Positions 47,880 to 60,743 of a stretch of 64,000 nucleotides of DNA are shown piece by piece. Origin of the DNA: Microthyrium microscopicum (lineage: Eukaryota). A program made the position numbers and the translations under genes. Each line of letters begins with the position of its first letter. Position 1 is the stretch's first letter. A model generated the notes under the pieces. That model was not told where the DNA came from and did not search any database. It worked only from the letters and a program-made list of their open reading frames with translations. The DNA is taken from NCBI GenBank assembly GCA_010405405.1, contig MU004235.1:1564538-1628537 (forward strand), read 5' to 3'.

Positions 47880-48689
47880 ATGGCTTTTAACTCTACTCCT
47901 TCGGGTGCTTATGCACCACTCAACATGGAGCGCGTTGGCTCTTTTCAAGATGCTACTCCAGCTGCTAGTTCGGCGTATTCTTCGGCATACTCGCAGCCAA
48001 CTCCAACCCGGGTTCCTGGCCTCGCTTCTCTGGGAAGAGACATTGTATACTGGGATCGTGTTTCCACTCAAGGAGAAGATGAATCCATCTCCACTGAACG
48101 AGCCACCCAAGATGGAGCATCTGATCGTCATGTCTACACTAATTCCCGTGAACAAATACACCAGGTCTTCGGGTTTGAGCCGGAGGAAGAGGAGGAAGAA
48201 GACGGCGAGGATGGGTTTCTGGGCATGCCATCAATCGATTCCGTGCTTGGAACTTTTCCAGCTACCTCTTCTTCCGTTACTGCTCCTACCCACAGCTCGG
48301 GGGCATCTCTTCATGTCCGTCCCTTGGCTATTCGTCGTCGCCATGCCATTTCTCCGATCGCTCTTACAGAGTCATCACCACCCTTGCGACCACAACCAGT
48401 TATCTCCACAAATGGCATATCCAACGGCTGTCAGACGGGATTCGGAAAATGCTCAAACAGCTCTGAGGCATCCCCAACACCAGCACCACAGCCAGGAAGT
48501 TCTAGTAAACTAAGCGACAAGGCTATCATTTCAATAGCGTGTGTCGGCGGAGCCATACTAGTCACCGGAATAGTCGGAGTTGTATTCTGCTGTATGCAGA
48601 AACGAGCTTACAAGCATCAGAGCAAAATGACTGATAAAATTCTCGACAAGATCGCACGACCCGAAAATAATTCTGCACCTGACAAATGA
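47880..48689 (+). CDS. Hypothetical single-pass membrane protein with a remnant hevein-like motif
   Basis: Low-complexity N-terminus, VISTNGISNGCQTGFGKCS, then LSDKAIISIACVGGAILVTGIVGVVFCC (TM) and a basic tail. The start is uncertain. Confidence 0.55.
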   Translation: MAFNSTPSGAYAPLNMERVGSFQDATPAASSAYSSAYSQPTPTRVPGLASLGRDIVYWDRVSTQGEDESISTERATQDGASDRHVYTNSREQIHQVFGFEPEEEEEEDGEDGFLGMPSIDSVLGTFPATSSSVTAPTHSSGASLHVRPLAIRRRHAISPIALTESSPPLRPQPVISTNGISNGCQTGFGKCSNSSEASPTPAPQPGSSSKLSDKAIISIACVGGAILVTGIVGVVFCCMQKRAYKHQSKMTDKILDKIARPENNSAPDK

Positions 48690-48981
48690 ACCGTTCACTT
48701 CGTATTATGATTGTTGTCCATAATTTGGGCACCAAGTGTTTGAATAGAGAGTTGATTGTTTTATATCAGGAGCAGAGTAAAAGGAGATGCTATGGCAAAA
48801 TACACTTTGATTGAGCAGATCAAGTAGCGCCTGGAGAATACCATAACCTCCCCCTACTTTAAGAAATGACTACAAAGCTACTTTTGTGGGCCCAAGAATG
48901 AACGATATATGGGAAATGAAAGAAATGATTGTTTTCCAGTGCGATGTTACCCACAACCTACACCAAATGAATCAACTAGAT

Positions 48982-49002
48982 TACCTACCTACCTACCTAC
49001 CT
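48982..49002 (+). repeat. (TACC)5 microsatellite
   Basis: tacctacctacctacctacct. Confidence 0.8.
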
Positions 49003-49138
49003 GGTACTCATTGCATTTCATGACTTTCTGGATCTTGCACATACCTGAAGTATACAAAGTGCTTAATGAAAGCATGTTCAAAGAGAATTGGAACATTCCA
49101 TGGGACTATTGTAGTTGTTTTGACCCACAGTTGTAGTT

Positions 49139-51025
49139 TCATGTCTCTGATCTCTGCACGCTTGTCGACCTGTCCTCTGAACGAAGATCTCCTATCATAA
49201 CCATCTTGCCCAAAACCATACTACCTCTTCTAGTCCCATCGTAAATTCTTCTAGCCTCGAAACGCCACTCATTTGTCTTCTCCCTGTTTGCAAAAACAAC
49301 AACTAGTTTCTCCATCGGGGAGGAAGGGTTGTGCAATTGAATGACTTCTAAGAGCTTGACCACCTCATTTCGAGCAATTTCTTCATGGAATTCTGTGATG
49401 TAAAAGTCCTCTTGCTCGGTGTATATGTCATCACCTACTCTATAGTATACAATCAGCGTGTGAAGGTGCATAAAACTAGCAAGCGCGAGGTGGCAACTTT
49501 CGCTCTAAAACCAACTAGTGAGTGTAAGGCTACACACGTTCTTGAAAGCATTAAACTCACCCATTCTCTCAATCCACCGTTGTGATCATAAGGAGGGAAG
49601 TGTACTTCAAGTGTAAGGTGTTCTATCCTTGGTGCTTTGTTACTGAGTCTCCAAATCATTCCCTCATTCCACCCTCCCCACCAGGTCGTTTCGTGCGAAA
49701 TGCTAAGTTTACGAAGAGTCGGGCCATGCTGGTCCAGTATCGAAAGCCAGAGACGAGGTTTCTCGGCCAATGATTCTACCCCAGTTGGATTGTCCAGTTC
49801 GTCCGAACTACGAATATACCCGTGCCAATTATGATTGTCAGGCTCGGGTACCATCATTCCTGAGTTGTCCCAGCTTCGAATACACATTTCTTCTAGACCT
49901 TGAATACTGAGAAAGAATGTCTTTACGATATTTGCGTAAACGGGAGTTCCCCACGGTTGCGATCTGGGGCCCCAAATGCTTTGCAAACCCCAAGAAAATA
50001 CTTTTAGCCCAGGTACCTCCCCAGTGATGGCTTTTAGAAATGGATGCGGTGCGTAATGACCTACGTCTAGTCGCTGCAATGCTTGCCAGTTCATTCTGTT
50101 CTTCCAGCAGATACTGTAATCTGTGTCAAGATTATAGCTACTTGGTCCCGGAATTCGAAGCTCTTCTAGAGCCGGGAGACTGTTTGCTGTCGCTTCAAGC
50201 CATAGGCGAGTTGGTCCAGTATCCTTGCCGTCAAGGTCTGCAATTGCCATCTGGGAATTTTGGTTCATTAGTTTTAGGACTCGCAGTCCTGAACTGTTCA
50301 TGATGATATCTGTTAGCCGCCGGTACTCGGTGTAGACTCTCTCTAGCCATTCATGTGATAAGACAGTGATGCTCAAAGTGTATAGCTGGGGGCTGTTTAG
50401 GAGGGTCGTATCCAAAGTCTGGTCTGGGTGACGATCAAGTAAAGTCGCGTGTAATCTAGCGCGAGGCCAAGCATCGTGAAATATGTGCAGCACCGGCAAA
50501 GGGATAGGGTTTGAAGTCGTCCATCTGAGACTCACTTAGCTCGATCTTTGCGTTGAATGACGAAGCTTACCGGAAAACCTCCAGATGATGGAGGTTTCTC
50601 AAAACCTTGACTAGAGTCTCTTCTGAGATACTGCTAAATAGCTCTTGCGTCATGGGCCCAATTTCCAGATCGCGTACATAACGAGAAATGGAATCTTTGG
50701 TGTCTGCCAGCCTCAAAACGATCCCTTGAGTAACAGCTAACGATGCATTCGGCAGAGGGGATTTGATAAGATTGTACTGGCCAAGGAAAGCGGGTGCTTC
50801 GAGTTCATCCTCAATATGAAGAGCCTCATTGCGTAAAGCGATTTTTCGGTAAAAGCAAGGTTCCGCAGCTTCTGCAGCTTGCTTCGACGCCAGTCGAAAC
50901 GATTCAAGAGACATTGGATTGTCGTTATAAAGCTACCATTTATTAGTTCATGGCTGAGCAACGTCTACAGCACCAACCTCAAACATAACGCAATTCAGCG
51001 TCTCGGCTGGAAGTGAAAATAGCAT
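49139..51025 (-). CDS. F-box / LRR-like protein (multi-exon)
   Basis: First exon MLFSLPAETLNCVMFE, then LESFRLASKQ...AEPCFYRKI and LxxLxL repeats (LEELRI, LQRLDV, LRKLSI, IEHLTL). Confidence 0.72.
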
Positions 51026-52108
51026 TGTTGCGATTGTTAATTTTTTGAACGCTTTCGGATCGTCAGACCATCAGATAGGGTTTTGATTAGGACTAAGCTT
51101 GGTAACAGAAATTATGATGCATGCAGCAGAGTTACGGCGCCGCCAGATATTGCGACTCTCAAGATGCCGAGTGAGCAATATATGTATCGAATCAATCCCC
51201 TGGGGCCTTGACCGGCAAAGCTGGGCCCCTCCATCAAATAATGCCCGATCCAGGGCACGCATCGTACGACAAGGCTGACTCCAAATATTTTCATGAGCTG
51301 CTGGATGGGATATGGATTGGAGGTACACTTTTGATAGACCCTTATAATACAAAATAATTAGTCTCTTTATGTGTAGCATACCTTGGGTACCTACCTACTA
51401 TACTGCGCGGTGGGGTGTATAGGTCGTGCTCTCTGGGTACTGTCCGTCAGGAAGGAATGTCTACATCACTGATGTATAAACCACTTCCCTACATATCAAC
51501 ATTATGTCAACTTTGACAGTAATATTAGAAACATGTCAACAAGTTGTCAAATAACAGAAGTGGAGTCCCTAATCTGTTACTGAAGTCAGTATCCAGGAAG
51601 CATGTCTCCTGAGGTCCCTTCGGTCCTACTATGACGGCTCATAACCTGTGCTAGTAATTGTAATTTTCTGCCAAGCTACGTTACCTCGAGGTAGAAACTA
51701 AACGATAACAAATCGCCTCGAACTCAAGTTCAAAAGCAACAGTGGCCAACCATGTTTCGCGTCGAAGGTAATAAAGGTACTGTGGCATAGAGCGAGAAAT
51801 ACTGCAATAGCCAAACCTTAGGCGCACTCAGCCATGACTCGAGTTGCCCAACACGCCGCAGCTCACCACTTAACTTCAGGGAACCTTCGATTGATTCTTA
51901 TTTTGTTCTAGCGAGCTAAAGTCGAAGCGGGTGGAGGAAAGATGATTCACCAATCATTTCCTTTCTTCTCCTTCGAGCCAGCTCATGCAGAGTGGCGCAG
52001 CGAAGAAGTCTTTCGTCAGGCTGGACCTCGAGCAACCTCACCACTCCTCCGTCGTTGCCAAAACCTAGCAATGAACACCATCTTTGCCAGTATCAACACA
52101 TCTCAAAA

Positions 52109-54046
52109 ATGCCGCTGTTCGGGAAAGCTAACGAAACCGCTCAGTGGCATCCCGAGTCCAATTATCGAGGAACATACAGCCTCCTGTCATCATGTCTTAT
52201 CACGATGAGCTTGTGCGTATGGACTTCGGTGCATCTCAACTTGCCTGAGCACAATAAAGCTTACCAGCAAAAATGGAGAAAAGTAAAATGGCTAGTAATA
52301 GCGTTGTTTGCTCCGGAAGTGGTCGCTTGGATAGCCTTTGAGCAAAATCAAGAGGCTAAGAGACTCCGGCGTAAAGTAAGAGAAGCACTAGGCCAACCGC
52401 AAGCCCGATCGACTGTTGAAATTTTACGCAGCTGGACGAAAAAGGTGCTGATATTTGGCCACACCGACACCTGTCACGACCAGGAAGCCAAGGCTGGCGA
52501 TGAATCTACTTCTACGAAGAGACACCTATGGAGCTTAACACACAGCCACTTCGCCATCATGGGCGGATTCGCTTTTGATACCAGTCGCAGCGAAGCGAAC
52601 TTCCTGCCAGATGGACGCACCCGACTCCCGCTGACAAGCCTTGGTATCCATCAACTCACTGAAGCAGCACCATCACTTCTGCCGGATCTTTCGGAGTCTG
52701 AAATCAAAGACAAGAGCAAGGCGAACGGTCTAGGCAAGACAATCGTATGCTCTCAGGCTCTCTGGTTTTGCTTGCAATGCATTTCGCGACTCGCGCATGG
52801 CTCCGCAATAAGTCTGCTGGAGTTGAACACTTTTGCTCATGCGCTATGCACCCTGCTGACTTACATTCTCTGGTGGAATAAACCTTTTGACGTGGAGGAA
52901 CCTATCGTCATTCGGGGCTTAGATGCAGATATATTGTGCGCTGGAATGTGTATGAGAAGTTCAATTGGAACCATCCGGAAAGCGGCAGGTTTCCAGCCTG
53001 ATAAGTACTTGAAGGGACATATCTGGTTCGAGAGACATGGCGAGATTGCTTCAATTGACTTCGGATTACTGGAAGCCTTGATACTTCACGTGCAACCGAA
53101 TCCTGATGCAAACGCACGCGGACTGCCAATCTACGCAGATGCTTCATGTCATTGGCAGGGTCGTCTACTTCAACATGACGACCGAAACCAGCCTGAACTG
53201 TCATCTGTAAAATTCAATGTAACGCCAGCAATTAAAGTTGGTCATGATGGAGGACTGAAGCTTCAACTTTACATGGGACAAAGCCTGTTCGGTTTTGGAT
53301 TTCGGCGAGACAAACATGATTACTTCATTCCCACTTCCATTGCCAATCTTTTCGCCGGCCTCTTTCTGGATCCAACTGCTGCGAGTTTAGGGATATTGAC
53401 TATGCGTAGGCCATATGTTGAGCTTAACTCCGACGACATTCTCTGCTTCAAGCTTGCAGCTAGTTGTTACGGCAAATACATGAGCGTCTGCCGTTGCCCT
53501 TCCCCGGGGTCAACCTACAAGCACAATCCGGCACATGATCATCGTAAGTGGTGGCTTAGAGAGTATATGATTCCACGCGTGTCAAACTGGCCAAACCCTT
53601 CCATAAACGTCGATGCCGATGATAGCTTCTGGTTAGCAATGTTGAGCTTTACATTCGCTGGACTGGCCTACGGCTCTCTTCACTTGCTAGCCTGGCATGC
53701 GCCACTGCTCACTCGGACCGAAGTTTACATGTGGCGAATTTCGGGCCTCTTTTTAGCTGCGTATGGAGGAGCCTTCGTAATGTTCGTCATGGCGTTGGGC
53801 TTGCCGTTTGCGTATCTAGGGAGATCAAAATGGGGGCAATCATTGCCCAGGCAGTTGCAAGATCGCCTCAAAGTGATTTTAGGTTATTTGCTCATGATAC
53901 CTTTGCTTGTCATCGGAGCGGGTGGCTTACTGTACGTCTTTGCCCGAGTTTTTCTGGTGGTTGAATGCTTTATTAGTATTCCTCATCTGCCAGACTCCGT
54001 TTTCGAGGTCCCGCAATGGACACAGTTCTTTCCACACGTTATATGA
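52109..54046 (+). CDS. Fungal multi-pass membrane protein of unknown function
   Basis: Intronless ORF with motifs of a widespread uncharacterised fungal family: RGTYSLLSSCLITMSLCVWTSVHLNLP, WSLTHSHFAIMGGF, EIKDKSKANGLGK and ISLLELNTFAH. Confidence 0.8.
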   Translation: MPLFGKANETAQWHPESNYRGTYSLLSSCLITMSLCVWTSVHLNLPEHNKAYQQKWRKVKWLVIALFAPEVVAWIAFEQNQEAKRLRRKVREALGQPQARSTVEILRSWTKKVLIFGHTDTCHDQEAKAGDESTSTKRHLWSLTHSHFAIMGGFAFDTSRSEANFLPDGRTRLPLTSLGIHQLTEAAPSLLPDLSESEIKDKSKANGLGKTIVCSQALWFCLQCISRLAHGSAISLLELNTFAHALCTLLTYILWWNKPFDVEEPIVIRGLDADILCAGMCMRSSIGTIRKAAGFQPDKYLKGHIWFERHGEIASIDFGLLEALILHVQPNPDANARGLPIYADASCHWQGRLLQHDDRNQPELSSVKFNVTPAIKVGHDGGLKLQLYMGQSLFGFGFRRDKHDYFIPTSIANLFAGLFLDPTAASLGILTMRRPYVELNSDDILCFKLAASCYGKYMSVCRCPSPGSTYKHNPAHDHRKWWLREYMIPRVSNWPNPSINVDADDSFWLAMLSFTFAGLAYGSLHLLAWHAPLLTRTEVYMWRISGLFLAAYGGAFVMFVMALGLPFAYLGRSKWGQSLPRQLQDRLKVILGYLLMIPLLVIGAGGLLYVFARVFLVVECFISIPHLPDSVFEVPQWTQFFPHVI

Positions 54047-54511
54047 ATACCGGTGAATATCACCATACATATTGCACTTTTGGAGGACATTACAGACAGC
54101 CCACGTATTAGTAACCTCAAATTAGATATTTGGACGACGTTGGCAGCAGGAACATACCTGCCTTCCAGGCAGATCGATGGTAGTAGACATCACTGTTCAT
54201 ACGCAACACATAGAACCCCAAATAATATGTAATGGATGCGAATCCTCGTTGCTCATATATCGTCCCAAATGCCATCCTCCAGTACTTCGAGGACCTTTCG
54301 AGTCTCATGTCGTCGTTAAATGATTAAGAATATGCCAATCGCTCAAACTTGTCCTGGGAGACCAGTTATACATCTACGCCATGTATACAAAACGCATGAA
54401 ATGGCCTATGAGATGAAGACTCCGGGAGATGAAGGCTCCGACTTTCCAAATCCATCGCTATGCCACCGGTAACATTCAAGATATTGACCCATAATATCGT
54501 TCACACCATCA

Positions 54512-55756
54512 CTAAGACTGACTGGACGCCGGTTTCCGTCCAATAACTACGTAACTACCTTCAAATTAGCTTCGACCTCTTCGTTTCTCTTCAGGGATCC
54601 ACTTACAAAGGAATATAGCTATGCATCTTATTACTCGGCAACTCCTTCTTCAGCCTCATAATCGCCATCTCCAACTCCTCCAACGTCAACCCACATTCCT
54701 TCGTCCACCCCCTCATCATAAAACCCCTCGCGCCTTCTAGCACATTCATCAATTCGTATGCGCCTATCCTCTTCATTCTCGGATCTTTCGGCCACGGGCT
54801 ACTCGGCACTTTCAATACATATTCCTCCACCGCCTCAAAGCCCGCCTCCACAAACCACTGCTTGAAGCGTTTGGCGGAGTCGGGCTCACAGTTTATTAGA
54901 GCGCCAGCTTTTTCCCACACGTCTGCTAGTTGCATGTACGCGGAGGTGGGGTCGAGGGTATTATCGTCTGTTGCAGGCTGCGGGTGGATTGCGCAGAATT
55001 CTACGTAGCCGCCGGGCTTGACGTGGGTGAAGGCTTGGGAGACTAGTTTGGGCCAGTCGCGGATTGCTTGGTAGAGGTCGCGGAGATGGATGTAGTCGAA
55101 GTGGTTTTCTTGGAATGTCCAGTCCAGTTCCGCATCGTCAATCTGAAAGTTGCAGTTTGGTGGCACCCATTGTGGTTGCACAGGCGCAATATCTGTGCCG
55201 ATTACAGAGCAGGAGGGATATTTGTCAGCGAAATCGATGGCCCAGATACCCGTACCGCAGCCGATGTCGAGGGCGTTTTGGGGGTCTTCGGGGAGGGGTG
55301 CGAGGAAGTGCTTGTTTTGCATTAGGAGGTAGTATTTTGTGTGATTTAAATCTAGGCGGTCTAATTCTTCGTCGTCGATGGGGAGGAGATACTCTAATAC
55401 GAACTTAGTCGAGGTTATTGGGAAAATATTGGTAGTTGGTTGGTGTCAGGGGCATATAAGGAAGTCACGATGGGCATGGTGTTGAGTTCTTGGAAGAGGC
55501 GCTTACCGTGTTTGCCGTAGTTGGCATACATGCGGCCATTTTCTATGTGACCTTGCCGTATTTCCGAGGCGATGCTGGATAGTAAACTTGACGTTGAACT
55601 CTCTTGGTATCCTTCATCGTCTGGATTGTCATTGTCTGCTTCAAGGGGGCCAGCATGATGTGTTGTCGCAATGTCGTCTTGTGTGGTGGTGGTTGGAAGA
55701 GCAGTAGTAGCAGCGGAAGGTCCAGAACCAGAACCGCTAGCAGACGCGTCGGCCAT
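54512..55756 (-). CDS. SAM-dependent methyltransferase, LaeA-like family
   Basis: ENGRMY, PIDDEELDRLDLNH, ALDIGCGTGIWAIDFAD and PVQPQWVPPNCNFQIDDAE. The spliced end reads ...IPF|YVVIGRKPASSQS*. Confidence 0.9.
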
Positions 55757-58700
55757 GAAAAAGCGGTAACCCAACGCGGTGTCACCGGCGGATGATTAAG
55801 CGGGGATATCTAGTAGTTCTGCAGGGTGCAATTAACAATTCTACACTTACAAGTAGTATACTTAGTGAGAAGAAGAAAGTGTGATTCAAGGCGAGCTGCA
55901 GAAAGAGGGGATTTGAGAAGGAAGAAGTACCGGTAAAGATGGATGCAACTCTTAGATATTGATTGAGATGGTAAAGCGTGGGATTCCAAAGTGCGTGGAG
56001 CAAAGAAAAGGCTTGTAGAAAGGGTGAAGATCCAATTCATTCAGGAGAGGCTCAAAGCCGAGTGGCTGCAGAATGCAGAATGCAGGACTGCAGAGGCAGA
56101 TCAGCTACTCTAAACAAGGCAAACAGGGAAGGCGGATGTGATTTTAACGGTAGACGTTGAAAGCTGAATTGGAAAAGACGATACTAATGCAAGACTAAGA
56201 CAAAAGAGCAGCAGTAGAGACGATCAGGCTTAGAATAGCACTCAAGGAGGCACAGCAGTGTGTGAAAAGTCGCGATGTTTGACAGCTGTGGTCAAAAGTC
56301 GTCAAAACACCAAGATGCGGATGACAGTTCGGGCGGCGATCACGAATACCTAAATACCTGACTGAGAATGACGAGCTGAAACTCGGCAAGACGACGAAAA
56401 CGACAGAATGGAGAGGAACGGAGAGACTTCTGACCACATGCCGAGAATAATTCCAGCAGTATGGCTCTTGTATTAAAGGCGCAAAAACTGGCCGCCAAAA
56501 ATGCTTCAAGCAATGCAAATCCCCAATCCTACCCTCTCTCCTGGGTTTCTGCAACCTCTTACCGTTGATGGGATACTGGAATGACTTGGCCTTGAATGCA
56601 ACATGAAAATGAGCAAGTCATTTGACGTAAAAGGTTTGATCGCTCTTGGACCCGACAGCCTAAGTTTGCATTTATCAACGGCAGCAAATCTGATGAACAA
56701 TGGAGATATCTCACACTTTATATACGACAATACGAGGGGTAGACTTGGGCACACGCTGCTATTTTTGATTGGTATTTTAGCCTCAACCTCCTCTCTTCAG
56801 AAATGCCAGTAGTACTCGCAAGTACCCTAACTCTTACTCCACGACTTCATTATCAAGACTCAAGTGATCAGCCTCCACGATCCGCGAAGCACAATTCGCG
56901 CAACAAGCAGGCAACTTTGTACTCCGTGTCCAGACCAATTGATCAACATATCAACTCCCCAAACTGATCACCATCACCGCGTTACAAACTTACAAAAGAG
57001 CCGACTTGGCCCCACTTTTTATCCTTGTCTGCATCTTGTACCTATCCTTCCTTTGTCCAACCGCTTCACCACTTCAACCGCCAACCGCCAACTGCCAACC
57101 GCCAACTTTTGTCATCTTTCAACTAATCCCACCAATCTCACTTGCAGAGCACAAAACCTGTGGCCCCGCTACTGAAGAAGAAAATAGTACATCAGCAGTA
57201 CGGCGGCATGTAACTTTCTCGCGCTCTCGAGCACAATGGATAAGCTTTTCGTCCGTCCTGCATAGAGTAGAGTAGCGAAACCGCAACTTTTCTCTCTAGG
57301 TAAGAATACCCGTCGTGTAGTTTTCTCCCTGGTTCAATCACGATTTCTCCATACTTCGGTTCGGGAGCCTCCCGGCCTGGGTGCAAACCGTAAAATAACC
57401 AATTACCACCAACTCGACCACTCTTAGCTCGGCTCACTGCATCTTTACCACTCGGTCCACTCCTCAAATCCATATCCTAGATCTATCCCAGCTGCCCCCA
57501 GCACGCCCAGTTCCATTGAGAACGAGATCATTGCCCAAATCAACAGGTACTACTTCATCAACCATGTCAAAAATCATCGGGAGCCAGCAGCTTTACCCGA
57601 CGGCATGGCCCGTAGCCTACATACATAGCGTCTCTACCCGAACTTCCCCGCTGCAACTTATCTAAGCCTTGACTTGTTTCTAGAAATACTAGGCCAGCGA
57701 GACTTGCGTTTAAAGCGGTTGTCGGAGTGAGCTAAGGGGTAGTTTGCTGCCAAAATAATGCGGAAAATTAGGCCATTGATGGACTAAACTTGGGACTAAA
57801 GTCGACGTGCATGATTCGTGCGTAGGCGCGTTGTCGCATCAACTGCAAGAAGTAGATATTGTACCAAAGGTTTATGTGAAAACTGCATCTTTTTCGCTAG
57901 AAAGTAGGCACTTAGGTATACTACAGTTGTGGCGACGTATTTGGGCACCTCCCCAGGTATAAGAAAGTGCAGCATATGCTGGCGCTGCGGCGCATTATCG
58001 ATTTTGTACGACACCAGTTTACAAGCTATGCCTTTTATACTAGTGATTGTGACCGAAATGTTGCGCAGACGAAGGTAGAGGAGACGAATATATTGATTTG
58101 GGTCTTGCAGAAGCTTTTATTGGTATACCGCAGCCTTTCCGAGCTCTGAACAACCTCTTTCTCTCTCTCAGAATCGTTTTGTCAACACAGCTTGGTATAG
58201 AAAATTGTTCGAGCTTTCGGACGCTGGGGTTCGGTGAGCATCCTAATGGTGGTAGTATCAAATTTCTAACTCTACACGCCACGTACAATGAATCGCGCGC
58301 AGGGCCTAGTCAAAACTGATATCAAAAGCTGAGATCGTATGTGTCCGTCTAGTCTGTAAAGAAGCTCTTTCTTACGTGTAGAAACTCCGAAGTACAGAGT
58401 TAGATATCTGACATATCATGCACTGGCCAACGTCGCCCTGCATACCGTTCAAGCTGAGGTCGCAGGTACTACTAAGTATGTAAAGAGAGAGCTCTCGAGT
58501 AATCTGTAGACAGGTTGTCGAAGATTGAACAGCTCAGAAAGCATTTCAGGTTTGGAAGAACAGACCACAATATTGCCCAAACCCCTTGGAGCAAACAGGC
58601 ATGACATATCCCCAAGTCATATACAAGATGGTGATGGATCTATCCAGCGCCTATTAGTATGAAATGGAGACCTTTGCTCTTTTAACAAAAAAATTTAGCC

Positions 58701-58982
58701 GATCTACCAAAACCCTCTAGGCACAGCTTGCAAACACCACAGCCTGACCACCAAGAATTGCTAGATACATTAGCTTCCAAGTCAGGTCTTCTTGTAACAC
58801 CCCACCTCCCAACAACCTACAAACTGCTTGACTGCTCATCATGCTTCCTACTCGCCCGTGCTCGTACACCCTTTTCGACCATACCTCTGGGCCTTCTTCA
58901 TTGCTGATCTGGCATTCTTGACTCCTCCTCGTACTTCTATTTGTGCTTTGAACCCCTACGTGTCTTAGCATCTTACACTTCA

Positions 58983-60743
58983 ATGGCTGCTTCCCTTGGA
59001 TCAGAGCTCGACACACTCGTAGCTGACCTTACTGGCGCAGTAAGCGAGTACAAAGCTGCAGCGGCCAACGAAGATCAGCTAGGTGGAGATTTGGCGACGC
59101 GGATGAAGGTTATTACCACCGCGCAGAAGATAGTGCATGCAACAAAGAAGCCAGAGGAGCAGTGGTATGATCAATCCGTTTGGGTAAGTTTAATAGATTT
59201 TGTACTATTTTTTCCCAAGTACTGTTGAATGTTTGAAATATATTTTCCACAGCGAGTTCTTTTGCTATACACAGAATGTTCAAGCATATGGCGTGGAAGT
59301 AGGCTGGAGAAACTATACTGCAGTGATAGCAGCGGCTAGTGGTAAGAATAAGTCAATTGTTGTTGGCACGTCTCACCAGATTTTTACTCCGTTTAGTATA
59401 CTATAAGGTTTGAGATTTTCGATGCTACCTGACACGGGCATCCTCGAGTGTAGAGTCAAAAGAGCCTAGAGAAACACTGGCATGGCAGAGATTTTAAAGG
59501 GTAGGATAGAAACGACACTGGTTGTTCTTTATGTTTTTCCATGACATCTTTCTTGAATCACAGGGTAACCAAGCCACCGATCGTCACTGACCGTTGACCA
59601 CAACACTAGATGGCAGATCTGACTGCGACACGGATTTTCAAGAAATGGGAAGCATTTGCTGCCATTCCAGCAGTCGGTGAAGGCAGCATCTCCTACGAAG
59701 ATCTCGCCAAAAAGCTTGACGCTGATACCTCACTCGTCCGTATGAACTACCACTCCGCCACTCACTGACCAAACTGACGTTTTACACAGGACGTATCGCC
59801 TGGGTCCTAGTATCAACTGGCACACTGAAGCAAATCGGCACCGACAAAGTCGAAAACACCACAAAATCCATGGTCTACGTCAACAACGACTCCAACGGCA
59901 TGATGTTCCAGATCATGTACGACGAAGCTCTCCGCCCCTACGTATTCATGTCTGAGTATTTCGAGAAGTATGGCCGCCGAGAGCCCAGCGGCCAGACTGA
60001 TAATCCTTATTCTTTCGGTTACCAGCAGCCTGAGAAAACCGCTTGGGAGATCATGGCGGCGGAGCCGGCGAGGGTGGATGCTTTTATGCGGAGCATGGAT
60101 ACTATGGAGCAACATTTGCCTATTACGGGCTACTATGATTTCAGCTGGGTCAAGGAGAAGCTTGAGGCAGAAACAGAGAGGACTGCGTTAGTTGATGTTG
60201 GTGGGAGTAGAGGGCATGCGATCAAAGCCATTTGTGCAGAGACTGAGTACATCAAGGGTGCACAATGTGTGTTGGAGGATTTGCCGCAGGTCATAGAGCA
60301 AGTGAAGACAAATGGCGATGAGGCCCTCAAAAACGTGAAGCTTCAAGTGCATGACTTCTTTACTGAGCAACCTATCAAGGGTACTTCGAAACCTCATGGC
60401 CACTTACCATTTCTCTTTCACTTATTGACATTTTCCAGGCGCCCTAATCTACTGGATTCGCCGCGTTCTACACGACCACAACGACACCGACTGCGCTAAA
60501 ATCCTCACTCACCTGGCTGACGCCATGGCTCCAGATAGCCGCGTGCTGATCGTCGATCAAATCATGGAGAATCCGCCTCCTCCACTGGTCGCACAGACGG
60601 ATTTCTGCATGTTGACGATCTCAGGTAAGGAGAGGACCAGAGAGATGTTTGAGGAGCTGGTTGGGCGGGCCGGGTTGAAGGTTTTGGAGGTGCATTTGGC
60701 CAAGGGGACGCCAGTGGGTGTTGTGGAGTGTATTAAGATTTGA
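58983..60743 (+). CDS. O-methyltransferase (Methyltransf_2, fungal secondary-metabolite type)
   Basis: N-terminal dimerisation region, LVDVGGSRGH, LEDLPQVI, HDFFTEQPIKGA..YWIRRVLHD and GKERT. Three introns, the first unusually long (~59184-59610). Confidence 0.9.

Noticed and set aside
57075..57106. Short (CCAACYG)n heptamer repeat
   Set aside because: About four imperfect copies of intergenic simple sequence with no evidence of function.
59253..59341. Possible stop-containing cassette exon in the long O-methyltransferase intron
   Set aside because: Flanking CAG and GTAAG exist, but there is no clear branch point and such signals arise by chance. Needs RNA-seq.
54512..60743. Methyltransferases as tailoring enzymes of the RiPP locus
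   Set aside because: More than 40 kb away and separated by housekeeping genes (MCM1, VPS18, POS5).
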